A stretch of 62,501 bases of DNA from Flavobacteriaceae bacterium (GCA_036396455.1 DASWKU010000318.1:1-62501), one strand, 5' to 3'. Positions 11,501 through 22,200 are shown, counted from the first letter of the stretch. Made by a program: numbers and translations. Notes: a model not told the origin generated them from the letters alone.

Positions 11501-11660
11501 TAAAGTTTATTTACAGGCAGAGAATTTGATTAATATAACATCATTTACTGGCTTTGATTATGAAGTTCCAGGATTGAGTAGAACAGGTATTGGAATTGCC
11601 GGAATGGCAGTTTATCCTCATACGAAAACATTCAGTTTAGGGTTTAACTTACAATTTTAA
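8562..11660 (+). CDS. susC: SusC/RagA TonB-dependent transporter
   Basis: GTTTDFDGNY, PLWVIDG, NPNDIESIQVLKDAASAGIYG and NPDLKWE motifs; C-terminal Phe. Confidence 0.96.
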   Translation: MKNKFLINMKQLKFICLFLFSMVAFGQDVTINGSVTSESDGQVLPGATVLIQGTNKGTTTDFDGNYQLEAKQGDVLVISYVGYKEAKITVADGANYNVVLQEDIAQLEIVIVTGYATEKKKDITGAITVVDVDELNSVATPNVISKLQSKVPGLSLTSSGVPGGNDTQISIRGLTSVFGGTGPLWVIDGVQTSSPAGLNPNDIESIQVLKDAASAGIYGTEAARGVIIVTTKQAKSGTTKITLDSRITLNTIREDFSVLGAQDWLDVRYRANGGVPVVAGNFVYTPGTPLPEFLDANNNLRVSNTNWVDVITKNAISTTTDFGYSVAKNNWKIFGGLGYAKDDGIIRNTYYERATLRLNTSIKLLKDKLTIGENLTVANFQEVRGNSMEEALLQNPLIPVYGEDGSWGGPTGAGLQDKWNPLAILHINKDNVQKTWRTFGNVYADYEIIEGLKFSTKFNFDHNSFKFNEHTASFNQNGSTLGNIFILDGQDYQRFSRDRNVSDTYIFTNLLSYSKEFGSHSISAFVGHETFRKVQDNEHFRIRVPLGTNVDFGNIDQYEIIEDSSILDAYGIGADSKRESMFGKVSYDYSDKYYASASVRRDGNSRFGRNNRYGVFPTASVGWTISNENFMEDSKAINNLKLRASWGGNGNADILEYAQYSFFEQALENSNYDLSGGGTGPIDLGVSPNQVGNPDLKWEQSYQTNVGLDASLFDSRINFVVDVYKKTTSDLLLQTIQPSVLGEAGSTLFFNAGDMENKGIDIVLGYSSKLKNDFKFGVDLTYSAYKNEVTSINDSDNFILQGVSFTGVGHPIGSYFGYVADGLFRTPEEVAVHAEQTGKALGNIRYRDLNGDGVVNQDDRTIIGNPHPDFIYGINLSSSYKNWDFGLFFDGRQGNDMYNAQRELLDFPYFGFNHGLNTLDAWSPSNANSTIPALSTADSNDQKRASTYFIEDGSFFRLKSVNISYNIDSERLSKLGLKTAKVYLQAENLINITSFTGFDYEVPGLSRTGIGIAGMAVYPHTKTFSLGFNLQF

Positions 11661-11664
11661 AAAA

Positions 11665-13365
11665 ATGAAAAAAATTAAATTATTAATAACTGTAGCGATT
11701 ATAATTTTAGGATTTGCATCGTGTTCAAAGGACTATTTAGATGTTAGTCCGGAAAATGTAATATCTGAAGACAATTTAGATTTGGAACAGTTGGTGGTCA
11801 GTGCTTATAGTAGTTTGGATTATAGGTTCAACACAGGTGAGTTTAGAGATAACTGGCCATTTGATCATGCACCTTCCAATTGGTGTTTTTCAGATATAAG
11901 AAGTGGAGATGCGTACAAAGGTGGTGGTGGAGTAGGTGACAACCCAGGCGGCGGTATGCACGCTCTTGAAATTCACCAAGTTTTTCCATCTTCAGAAAAT
12001 GTGTATAATCTTTGGCGAGCTGTATATTTTGCAATTTATCGTATAAATAGTACTGTAACAGCCTTAACTAATAGCACAGATTTTGCAAATAAAGATTTAA
12101 GAATTGCTGAATTAAAAGTTTTACGTGCACATTTCTATTTTGAGTTGATGAAAAACTTTGGGTCTTTCGTCTATATTGATGAAAATACACCAGTAGCAAA
12201 TGTGCCTAATATTGAAAACTCATTTGATGAAACTTTTTTATGGGGTAAAATCGAAGGTGATTTAAATGCGGCAATAACTGTGTTACCTGATACTCAACCA
12301 GAATTGGGAAGGGTCAATAAACTTGTAGCCTATGCATTCTTAGCAAAAGCCAAGTTATTTCAAGGCCAATGGGCTGATGCTATAACCAACGCCGATAGAG
12401 TAATTGCAGGACCATATAGATTGGTTGATGATTTAGAAAAATTATATTCAACACCTGGTTACGGAAATGCAGAAAACGTATTCGCCATTCAATATTCTAT
12501 TGATGATGGTTCTGAATTTGGAAACCTTGATTTTGGTAACTTATTAAATTCACCGGATTCGCCATCTGACGACACCAACCATCCTTATTTAAATGGGGAT
12601 GATTTTGATAAACCTTCACAAAATATTGTAAATGCCTTTAAAGTTGATGGGAATGGTTTACCATTATTGGATACTTATAATGCGTCTGATTTAGCACCAA
12701 GAGATACAGCAACCCCTGTAGATACAAGGTTGGATCATGCTATTGGCCGCCCAGGAATAACTTGGAAACATTGGGCACCAATGCCAATGCAGGATAACTG
12801 GAATAGAGATATAGCAACTTATGGGTATTATGTAAGAAAGAAAAATCAAATTGACCCTAATTCGAATTTGAGAGCTTCCGGAGGATTTCCTTGGGCTAAA
12901 GGAGCATTGGATTGGGCAATCATTAAATTTAGTGATGTACTATTATGGAAAGCCGAGGCATCCATTGAGTTAAATGACTTATCTACAGGAATGAGTATAA
13001 TAAATCAAATTCGTTCAAGGGCTAAAACCTCCCCCTATGTTTATGATTTTAATAATCCTGCAATGGATGCTTCAAATTATTCAATTGGACTGTATCCAAC
13101 AAGTGGAATTACCCAAGATTACGCAAGAAAAGCTTTAAGGATGGAAAGAAGGTTGGAACTCAATAACGAGGGACATCATTTTTATGATTTGGTAAGATGG
13201 GGCATTGCAGCCAATTGGATTAATGATTACATGTTAACCGAAAGCGGAAAAAGAAGCTACTATAGTGGAGCCTCCTTTACTGCTGACCGAGATGAGTATC
13301 TTCCAATACCACAAATAGAAATTGATGCTACAGGGGGTGTTTATAAACAACGTTCGGGTTATTAA
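11665..13365 (+). CDS. susD: SusD/RagB nutrient-binding lipoprotein
   Basis: Lipobox ASC, LRAHFYF and ERRLEL..EGHHFYDLVRWG motifs; follows susC. Confidence 0.95.
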   Translation: MKKIKLLITVAIIILGFASCSKDYLDVSPENVISEDNLDLEQLVVSAYSSLDYRFNTGEFRDNWPFDHAPSNWCFSDIRSGDAYKGGGGVGDNPGGGMHALEIHQVFPSSENVYNLWRAVYFAIYRINSTVTALTNSTDFANKDLRIAELKVLRAHFYFELMKNFGSFVYIDENTPVANVPNIENSFDETFLWGKIEGDLNAAITVLPDTQPELGRVNKLVAYAFLAKAKLFQGQWADAITNADRVIAGPYRLVDDLEKLYSTPGYGNAENVFAIQYSIDDGSEFGNLDFGNLLNSPDSPSDDTNHPYLNGDDFDKPSQNIVNAFKVDGNGLPLLDTYNASDLAPRDTATPVDTRLDHAIGRPGITWKHWAPMPMQDNWNRDIATYGYYVRKKNQIDPNSNLRASGGFPWAKGALDWAIIKFSDVLLWKAEASIELNDLSTGMSIINQIRSRAKTSPYVYDFNNPAMDASNYSIGLYPTSGITQDYARKALRMERRLELNNEGHHFYDLVRWGIAANWINDYMLTESGKRSYYSGASFTADRDEYLPIPQIEIDATGGVYKQRSGY

Positions 13366-13409
13366 AATAAAAAACTATTAAAAATTAAAACATATCTAAA
13401 ATTATTAAG

Positions 13410-15239
13410 ATGAAAAACATATCTAAAATTATTGAACTGATTCCCTTCCTAGTTTTAGGAATAGTAATCACATTTATTTCTGGTTGTGATGATGAAATTA
13501 AATTTCAAGATTTAGCACCAGATTATACATATTCAATTGTTAGGTCATTCGAAGTTAATGGAGAGGCAGCTACAATAAACCATACAAATGGTACAATATT
13601 TCATTCTTTGCCAGCTGGTTCAGATTTAAGCAATGTAACAGTGGTTATCACTTTACCTGAAGGAGCTACTATTGACCCTTCTTCTGGAAGTACCGTAGAT
13701 TTTACTTCAGGCCCAGTAATATTCACTGTTAGTAATAATGATGTTTCAAGAGAATATACAGCAACAATAAATGCTTTTGGTGATCCAATGATTATGTCAT
13801 TTTCAATTGGAGAAAATGAAGGAACAATAGACCAAGTGAATGGAACCATTGCGGTAACAGTAGGCAGTCAGGAAAATATCATGACCTTATCACCGCTGTT
13901 TACAATTCCTGGTGGGACCACTGCAAGTCCAGCATCTGGTGTGGCTCAAGATTTTTCTTCACCGGTAAAATATACCATAACCTCTAATGATGGTTTTACT
14001 GGCAAGTCTTATTTTGTAACAGTAACTCAATTGGCATCTCCGTTAATAAGCTCCTTTGCTACTTCTGAAGATGTGTGTGCTGTAACTGGTACGATAAATA
14101 ATGATTTATCTACTATTTCGGTTATTCTTCCAGCAGGTTCTGATTTGACATCAATAGCACCAATAATTTCACTTAATGATGAATTGACTGTTTCACCTGA
14201 ATCTGGAGTTGCACAAGACTTTAGTCAAGGGCCTGTAACTTATGCAGTTACAAATCTTGAAAATTTAACAAAAGAATATCAAGTATCAATTAGTGCCGCA
14301 GATTCAACTCAAAAAGTAGTCTTTTTAGGAGAAGCAGATTGTATAAATACATTGGCTGATGACGATGCCAAATCAGCAGCGGAATATTTAAAAGCCCAGT
14401 ATCCTGATGATTTTACATATATTAAAATTGCAAATGTAACAGAAGCTGCCTTGGCAAACACCAATGTAGTTATGTTGTATTATTTAACTCCTCTTACTAG
14501 TGGGACTCAATATTTTGCAACAGATACTAATGTGATGACTTTATTGCCAGCAGAATTGCAACCAGGAGCTCCACAAGCAATTGCCTTAACTAATTGGTAT
14601 AAAAACGGTGGAAACATATTTTTAGCTGGAGATCCAACTTCTTTTATTCATGTATTGGGACGTATGCCAGCTGATTACTCTCAACCTCGTGGATTAGGAA
14701 ACTATCGCTATACAGAATTTGGCTGTTCCGGTGTTGGTGGTTGTGTAGATAGAGATAGACCAGCAGATGATGTATGGGGGTTAGGTGTAAGAGATTCTAA
14801 TAATTCAGGAAATCGTAGAGGTCATCCAATTTTTAATGGTTTGACTTTTAATGGTGACGGAGAACTTCCTCTATATAATGCCGGAACTCGTGAAGCAAGA
14901 TTAATATGGTGGCAACATATGGACGGTATTTTATCACCGGGATGTTGTGGTCAAGATACTGCCTTATTATTTGAACAAACCGTGAATGCTGTTAAACTAG
15001 GAACCTTACGTTGGATTGGTGATGCTTTTGGGTATGGCGCTATTGAATTTTTACCAACAAATGGTGGACTGGATGGAAATTTTGATTCAAGTATCGGAAC
15101 AGATTTTGCTGGTCGAATCATTTCACTTGAGAACACTATTATTGGATATGAATTTAATTCTAACGATGGAAGGGTTAATGATTTTCAAAGTAATATTGAA
15201 TTACTGACCTCAAATATCATTGACTATCTAAATAATTAA
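13410..15239 (+). CDS. Surface glycan-binding lipoprotein (repeated Ig-like modules + DUF4960-like domain)
   Basis: Lipobox SGC; three repeats ending P.SG..(Q/V)DF(T/S)..PV.(Y/F); C-terminal domain with DDDAKSAA; SusE position. Confidence 0.75.
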   Translation: MKNISKIIELIPFLVLGIVITFISGCDDEIKFQDLAPDYTYSIVRSFEVNGEAATINHTNGTIFHSLPAGSDLSNVTVVITLPEGATIDPSSGSTVDFTSGPVIFTVSNNDVSREYTATINAFGDPMIMSFSIGENEGTIDQVNGTIAVTVGSQENIMTLSPLFTIPGGTTASPASGVAQDFSSPVKYTITSNDGFTGKSYFVTVTQLASPLISSFATSEDVCAVTGTINNDLSTISVILPAGSDLTSIAPIISLNDELTVSPESGVAQDFSQGPVTYAVTNLENLTKEYQVSISAADSTQKVVFLGEADCINTLADDDAKSAAEYLKAQYPDDFTYIKIANVTEAALANTNVVMLYYLTPLTSGTQYFATDTNVMTLLPAELQPGAPQAIALTNWYKNGGNIFLAGDPTSFIHVLGRMPADYSQPRGLGNYRYTEFGCSGVGGCVDRDRPADDVWGLGVRDSNNSGNRRGHPIFNGLTFNGDGELPLYNAGTREARLIWWQHMDGILSPGCCGQDTALLFEQTVNAVKLGTLRWIGDAFGYGAIEFLPTNGGLDGNFDSSIGTDFAGRIISLENTIIGYEFNSNDGRVNDFQSNIELLTSNIIDYLNN

Positions 15240-15252
15240 TAAACTGATAATT

Positions 15253-16359
15253 ATGAATAAAGCAGTTATAAAAAATATTTTCGCGATTGTAGTTCTATTC
15301 ATAGGACTGCAATCTTGCGATGATAGGGAAAATTTTACCGATAGTCCATCGGTTCTAGATATAGTTGAAAGTGTATCAATAAATGGCAAAAATGCCGAGA
15401 TTGACCATTTAGCCGGAACAATAAACGTAAGTTTAGTAGGGAATACTAATTTGGCTTCAGTAATATTTGAAGCTACGGTTCCTGAGGGTGCTACCATTAG
15501 CCCAGAAAGTGGTTCAACATTAGATTTAACAAGTTCTGTAACCGTTGTTGTAAACAATGGTGTTAGCGACAGGTTTTATACTATAAATGTGACATTACTT
15601 CCATCTAAAATTGCGTTTTTAGGAGATGGAGCTGCAATTGCTGATATTGCCGATGATGATGTCAAAGCAGCAGCACAGTGGACACAATCTACATACGGCG
15701 GTGACTTTGTCTATATTTCTTATGACAATTTATCTGATGAAACTTTAGATGGAGTAAATGTTATTTTATATGTACACGATCAAGTAGGCTCATCGGCACA
15801 GCCAGCAGCTTTATTGGCTAATTTAAATGTGCTATCTAAATTTTATGTACAAGGAGGAAAAATAGTTGCAGGCTTATTAGGTACTGGTTTGGTTGAGGAA
15901 TTAGGAAGAGACACTTCCGGGTTGAGAAATATTATTGGTACTGGACCTGGTGGGCCCAATCCAGATACTTGGGGTGTTGGATTTACAGGTTCTTCTTTGG
16001 CAAATAATATTTCCAATGGCTTAACATTTTACGAACCAAATAAGGCTTTTGTTATTGATGGAGGATATAAAGAGGACCATAACGCATTGTGGAATTTAGA
16101 TCCAATTGATAGCCCAAAATATGCCAACTTCAATTCATTATATAATGCAGAACCAATAGCAGCATGGGATTGGGCCGTAGATGGTCAAGGATTTGCAGGA
16201 ATTGTAGTTTGGAAACCTTGGGATCGGTTTAAGGGATATATGATTACAATTGGCATTGGTGGAATGGAGTGGAGTATGAATGATGCAAGAAACAATCCTT
16301 ATTTGAGTAATGTCCAATTGATTTATAAAAATTCAATTGATTATTTAGCGTCATTATAA
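15253..16359 (+). CDS. Surface glycan-binding lipoprotein (Ig-like + DUF4960-like), paralogue of the preceding gene
   Basis: Lipobox QSC; shares PEGATI.P.SGST.D.TS and FLG.....ADDD.K.AA with 13410-15239. Confidence 0.75.
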   Translation: MNKAVIKNIFAIVVLFIGLQSCDDRENFTDSPSVLDIVESVSINGKNAEIDHLAGTINVSLVGNTNLASVIFEATVPEGATISPESGSTLDLTSSVTVVVNNGVSDRFYTINVTLLPSKIAFLGDGAAIADIADDDVKAAAQWTQSTYGGDFVYISYDNLSDETLDGVNVILYVHDQVGSSAQPAALLANLNVLSKFYVQGGKIVAGLLGTGLVEELGRDTSGLRNIIGTGPGGPNPDTWGVGFTGSSLANNISNGLTFYEPNKAFVIDGGYKEDHNALWNLDPIDSPKYANFNSLYNAEPIAAWDWAVDGQGFAGIVVWKPWDRFKGYMITIGIGGMEWSMNDARNNPYLSNVQLIYKNSIDYLASL

Positions 16360-16398
16360 ATTAAAGTTAGAAGTGAATTGTTTGAGTTAGTTTTAAAA

Positions 16399-16434
16399 TT
16401 CCGGAAGTCATTATTCACTTAATGTCTTCCGGAA
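16399..16434 (+). terminator. Intergenic hairpin (terminator or mRNA-stabilising element)
   Basis: TTCCGGAAG-T-CATTA...TAATG-T-CTTCCGGAA inverted repeat between the last two PUL genes. Confidence 0.55.
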
Positions 16435-16476
16435 AAATTAATTGTGAAATTTCAATGACAACAAAACAATGAAAAC

Positions 16477-18726
16477 ATGCATTATAATTATAAAATCTTA
16501 CTGTTTTTTATCTTAATTAGTAGTTTATTACAAGCTCAAAATCTGAAAATTGATTTTGATGGTGAAAACTGGTGGAATACTTTTCAAAAAGACCATCAAG
16601 TGCATCTTTATAATTCACCATACAGTCTAGAATCTGAAAACCCACATTACCTGTGGAAACCAATCGGTTCAGGAGGAGGTTCGCTCCTTTTCGATGGATA
16701 TTCTACTTATATGGAGATTGAAGATGTTAAGCTTTCTAAAACTTTTGATTTAAGTTTCTGGATAGCTCCAAGAGCTTTTGACAGTGCCATAGATAATAAA
16801 TTAGCGGCTATTATAGATTATTTTTCTAAAAAGGATTCAATTGGGTTTAAAGTGGGTTTGCTAAAACATGGTCAATTGGTCATTCAATACGATATTGGAA
16901 ATGATAAGAAACGTTTTATGAACGATCAATTATTTCTACAAAAAAACAGATGGAATTTCGTTAATATTTTACAGGACTCGCAGACTTTAAAGGTGCTATT
17001 AAACGGTAAAGAATTGTTGAAAGAGCCTTTAGATAGTTCAGTGGTTGATAAACAATTTAGTGGTAATGATTATGTTTTAACTATTGGCAGAAATTCCAAT
17101 GCCAGTGGTTTTGGTAGAAAATTTAAGTTCAATATGATTAGTGGAATTATCGATGATATTTCCATTAAACCTTTAAATGATTCCAATAAGATAGTACTTG
17201 ACCTCGATTCACGTCTACGGCAAGATATTACTAAACATTTAAGACTTGATTATACCAAGTTCGACGATGTGTTTAGGCCTAAATACCATGCCATTGCACC
17301 AGCACATTGGATGAATGAACCTCATGCGCCATTATATTATAATGGCAAATATCATCTTTTTTATCAACACAATCCTTTTGGACCATATTGGGAACAAATT
17401 CATTGGGGGCATTGGGTAAGTGACGATATGGTTCATTGGAAGCATGCAGATATTGCTTTGGCTCCAGAAAAAGGAACTGTAGATCCTGATGGTATTTGGT
17501 CTGGTTCGGCTTATATAGGGCAAGATAATACACCCTTGCTTTTCTACACAGCTGGAAACGATGCTAAAAAAGAAAATCAATATACATCAATAGCATACCC
17601 TAAAGACCAGAGCGATAAGAATCTAATCTCTTGGGAAAAATCTGGAATTATAGTCGAAAAACCATCAGAGTATTTACATAGGGAATTTCGCGATCCTTTT
17701 GTTTTCAAAATAGATTCCAAGTATTACATGATTGTTGGTAGTGGCATTGCTGAAAAAGGAGGAACGGCTGCTTTGTTTGAATCTGAAGATGCCAAAAACT
17801 GGAACTATCTTCATCCATTTTATCAAACCGATATTAAAAAGTATCCATTTATGGGAGGTGTTTGGGAGTTGCCTGTTTTTCTCCCTTTGCCTAACGAGGA
17901 TGGTACAAGCACCAATAAATTTATTTTTATGGTATTGCCACTCAGGGATGAAGCTGATGTGGAAGTATTTTATTGGGTTGGAGCTTTTGACAAGGAAGCA
18001 AAAAAGTTTATACCAGACCAAGAAAAACCATCCCTAATGGACTATGGAGATTTTGGGTTTACAGGACAAAGTGGTCTTGTGGACCCTAAAACCAATAGAT
18101 CGATAGTCTTTTCTATAGCTCAAGGAAAGTTTGGGAATATCGACACCTATAATATGGGATGGGCTCATAATGCTGGTTTACCAATTAGCCTGTGGCTTGG
18201 AAAGAGCGATGAACTCAATTTTGCACCTATTAATGAACTTAAATCGTTAAGGGGAAAACCTTTGATAATCTGTGAAAATTGTGAAGTTTCAAAACTTAAA
18301 AAGGATTTAAAAGAAATAAAGGGAGATCAACTTGAGATTATTTTAGAGTTTAAATCAGGAAAGGATAAAAAAGGAATTATTGTTAGAAAGTCTAATTCTG
18401 GAAACCCTCAAGCTATGATTTATTTTGACCCTACAACAAATTCTGTGGTTTTTGATAAAATACAAGATAATCCAGAACGAAAATTCACAGCAATTAAAGC
18501 ACCAGTTTCAAATACTAAAGATATCAAGCTTCATATTTATTTAGATAAATCGATGATTGAAATTTATATCAATAATCAAGTATCCATTACAGATCGAATT
18601 TATTTTACAGATACCGATGCAAAATACATAGAATTAATGGGGTTTGAAGATGGTATCAAGATAAAAAAACTCCATATCTGGCCTATGAACTCGATTGATT
18701 GGGAATATGTGGAATCATCAAAATAG
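16477..18726 (+). CDS. LamG-domain GH32, endo-inulinase/cycloinulo-oligosaccharide fructanotransferase-like
   Basis: Signal peptide, LamG region, HWMNEPHAP..QIHWGHW, WSGS, FRDP and WELP. Confidence 0.88.
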   Translation: MHYNYKILLFFILISSLLQAQNLKIDFDGENWWNTFQKDHQVHLYNSPYSLESENPHYLWKPIGSGGGSLLFDGYSTYMEIEDVKLSKTFDLSFWIAPRAFDSAIDNKLAAIIDYFSKKDSIGFKVGLLKHGQLVIQYDIGNDKKRFMNDQLFLQKNRWNFVNILQDSQTLKVLLNGKELLKEPLDSSVVDKQFSGNDYVLTIGRNSNASGFGRKFKFNMISGIIDDISIKPLNDSNKIVLDLDSRLRQDITKHLRLDYTKFDDVFRPKYHAIAPAHWMNEPHAPLYYNGKYHLFYQHNPFGPYWEQIHWGHWVSDDMVHWKHADIALAPEKGTVDPDGIWSGSAYIGQDNTPLLFYTAGNDAKKENQYTSIAYPKDQSDKNLISWEKSGIIVEKPSEYLHREFRDPFVFKIDSKYYMIVGSGIAEKGGTAALFESEDAKNWNYLHPFYQTDIKKYPFMGGVWELPVFLPLPNEDGTSTNKFIFMVLPLRDEADVEVFYWVGAFDKEAKKFIPDQEKPSLMDYGDFGFTGQSGLVDPKTNRSIVFSIAQGKFGNIDTYNMGWAHNAGLPISLWLGKSDELNFAPINELKSLRGKPLIICENCEVSKLKKDLKEIKGDQLEIILEFKSGKDKKGIIVRKSNSGNPQAMIYFDPTTNSVVFDKIQDNPERKFTAIKAPVSNTKDIKLHIYLDKSMIEIYINNQVSITDRIYFTDTDAKYIELMGFEDGIKIKKLHIWPMNSIDWEYVESSK

Positions 18727-18760
18727 GACAGACTAAAATCAACTATTAATTTTATAATAT

Positions 18761-18934
18761 ATGAAAGCAATTTTAGTACCCATGTATTTTGTATCGGGAA
18801 TGGATGAAGATTATGGTGAACAACTCATTAGATTAAGGGAGTTGCTCAAAGAAGAAGCTCATATTTTGGACCCAATAGCTTTGGGAGATCAAATACCTGT
18901 AGAGGCCATATTGTATCGGGAAATAGTCATTTGA
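18761..18934 (+). pseudogene. 57-codon ORF, probably the truncated N-terminus of a lost PUL gene
   Basis: MKAILVPMYFVSGMDEDYGEQLIRLRELLKEEAHILDPIALGDQIP.. starts 34 nt after the GH32 stop, with an A/T-rich leader, and ends early. Confidence 0.45.
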
Positions 18935-19253
18935 ACTTTGTTAGTACTTAATATGAATCAGATTTCTATCTTATCTCAATATAACTCATATCAAACATTA
19001 GTATGTGTGAATGCTTATTGCTTTAAACCTTCATATTCCATTCATAGCAATATACTATAAAAATAGAATTTTGAATGCCAAGAACAGTGTTGGGATTGTG
19101 GTGCTGGGGGTTGAGGCTTGAGGGTGGCCGTTGAAACCCATGAAGCTAAAGGGAAAAGTCATTCGTTGGTTAGTGGTGCAAGAAATACAAATAATTTGCC
19201 GAAAGTGTCGTGAGGTTTTATAATTTTAAGGTTTAAACATTTTTAAATACTAA

Positions 19254-22200
19254 ATGGCGTTATTCCAAACCTCCGTATTAAAAACATATCTCACGCAACA
19301 GGATCATGCTTTGGTAGGGCTAGCTTATAAAAAATACACCACCTATTTTCACAATGCGACCATACAAGAGAATATCAAAAATTCCAAAGAGGAACAATTT
19401 CAAGCTACGTTTTTAATAGAACTTTTTGTAAACATTCTGGATTACACCCTTAATCCCAATCCTAATTTCAACCTCACTACCGAGTTCAAAAATCAAACCG
19501 GTGCGGGGAAAGCAGACGGAGCTATTCTAAAAGGGAATACAGCCATTGGGGTCATAGAATTAAAAGGGACCAACACCAAGGATTTAGAAAGTATCCGAAA
19601 ACAAGCTTTTGACTATAAAGCCAATCAAAAAGGTTGTGTATATGTGGTGACATCGAATTTTGAGAAGTTGCGATTTTATATTAATGATGCCACCGAGTTT
19701 TTGGAGTTCAACCTGTTTCAGTTGGCACCGGAAGAATTCGCCTTGCTATATCTGTGCCTGCAAAAAGACAACATCCATAATAACCTTGCCCTAACGATCA
19801 AAGAAGCCTCTTTGGTGGTTGAAGATAACATTACCAAACAGTTTTATAACGATTACTCGGTTTTTAAACGCGAACTCTTTAGGGATTTGGTAAAACGCAA
19901 TGCCAAACGTATGAAAATTGAATCGGTCGTTGCGAGCGAAGTGCGGCAATCTCATGATGATAGCAACACTAACGAGAACAAAGCACTCGAAAAAAACGTC
20001 AAACTATCCCTATTCAAAAAATCGCAAAAGCTCATAGACCGCTTTCTGTTCATTTTCTTTGCCGAAGACAGGGGCCTTTTACCACCAAACAGTACCATAC
20101 AAATTTTGGATAAGTGGAAAGCCGACATCGATTTTGGTGATGAACGCCCATTGTACAACCTCTTTAAACAGTACTTCCATTTCTTGGATTCGGGCAGAAA
20201 GGGCACCACCTCAAGGGCAGAAATCTACGCTTACAATGGTGGATTGTTTAACCCCGATGCCATTCTGGACACTCTCGAAATTGATGATGATTTACTCTAT
20301 AAACATACCTACAAACTCGCCAAATACGATTTTAGCAGTCAGGTGGATGTCAATATTTTAGGGCATATCTTTGAAAACTCACTCAACGAGATTGAAAGCG
20401 TGAATGCCGAAATTGAAGGCGGTGCCTTTGATAAGCAAACAAGCAAACGTAAAAAGGATGGTGTGTTCTACACCCCAAAATACATTACCAAATACATCGT
20501 AGAACATACCGTTGGCAAGCTCTGCCAAGAGAAAAAAGAAGCCCTAGGCTTTAAGGAGGAAGCCTATTTTGAGGTCAAAAAGGGCACGCACCAAAACACC
20601 AAAAAGCAACTGTTGGGGGTGTTGGATTCCTACCGTGAATGGCTCCTGCAAATCACCATTTGCGACCCCGCTTGTGGCTCTGGTGCATTCTTAAACCAAG
20701 CGTTGGACTTTCTCATAAAAGAGCACCGTTACATAGACGAGCTTAAAGCCAAGGTCACGGGGGGCAGCCTTATTTTAAGCGATATAGAAAACACCATATT
20801 GGAAAACAACATCTATGGGGTTGACCTCAATGAGGAAAGTGTAGAAATCGCCAAACTTTCCCTTTGGTTACGTACTGCACAACCTCGCCGTAAACTCAAC
20901 GATCTGAGCAACAACATTAAATGTGGCAACTCTTTAATAAACGACAAAAAAGTAGCCGGCGATAAAGCTTTCAATTGGGAAACGGAGTTTCCGCATCTCT
21001 TTAAAGAAAAGGACAAAAAGGCGTACCACATTACCACGTCCGTACACGATAGCAGGACTTCTGAACGCATGAAAACCTACAAGGTTCGCGAACGTAGAGC
21101 CATGGGTACCAATCCCTATCCGAATGTACACTATTTTACAACGGACGATAATTTGGTCATTACCCAAACCCTGGCCACTATTGTAGAGGAGGATCGGCTC
21201 CAGTTATTGGCATACAATATTTGTGGCGACCATATCCATTTACTATTGGTCTGCGAACTTGATGAGGTACCGGGGATCATGCAAAAAATAAAGTCGGTTA
21301 CTTCCAAGATGGTGCACAGAGTGCGTGGTGCTACAAGGGAGCACGCTCCCTTGTCGAATACGCCCTTGTGGCAACAAAAGTACAGTGCGCCGAAAGAGAT
21401 TACCAGCACCGAGCAGTTGCACAATACCCTAAAGTATATACAAAGCAACCGGCAAAAGCACCAGTTACCACCACATAGCAAACAATTACAAGACCTTATC
21501 GATACTATGTGCTGTAGCGTAGATGATGCCTTTAAGCCAGAATACCTTGGCGGCTTTGATGTGGTGATTGGGAATCCGCCTTATGTAAGAGCCGAACTTC
21601 TTACCGAATATTTAAGATATTTTGAAAAGAACTATAAAGTTTATCACTCCGCAAGTGACCTATTTGCCTATTTCTATGAATTAGGTTCAAAAATTATAAA
21701 CAAAAAAGGTTTAATGGGTTATATATCCAATACTTTCGATAAAACAACAGCAGGAAAAGTATTAAGAGACTATTTAGCTACAAGAACTAATCTAAAACAA
21801 TACATAGACTTTACAGAAGTTAAAATATTTGAAGGAGCAACTACATATCCAGTTATAATTATACTTCAAAATTATTATAATAACAAGAGTAAATTTAAGT
21901 ATATTAAAATTCCAAAATCTTCACAAAACAGGGTAATAGATATTGATATTGAAAATAAAATTGAAGTTTTACAAGACTCTTTGGATTCCAATAGTTGGTC
22001 CTTATCTTCAGTTGGGAAAGCTAAAATTTTAGATAAGATTTCTCAATTTTCTAATTTAAAAGAAACCTATGGGAAATGCTATTATGGCGTTAAAACAGCT
22101 TTAAATGATGCTTTTATTGTTAAAAATAATTGGCCTTATTCAGAGCATATAAAACCGATTTTGGAAGGGAAGGAAATTAAAAAATGGAACGTTCAGAAAG

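Noticed and set aside
21009-21548. Insert in the R-M gene as an intein or a complete IS200/605 element
   Set aside because: There are no splicing residues at the junctions, no tnpB, no separate start or stop, and no element-end hairpins at the insert borders. It reads as a fused domain.
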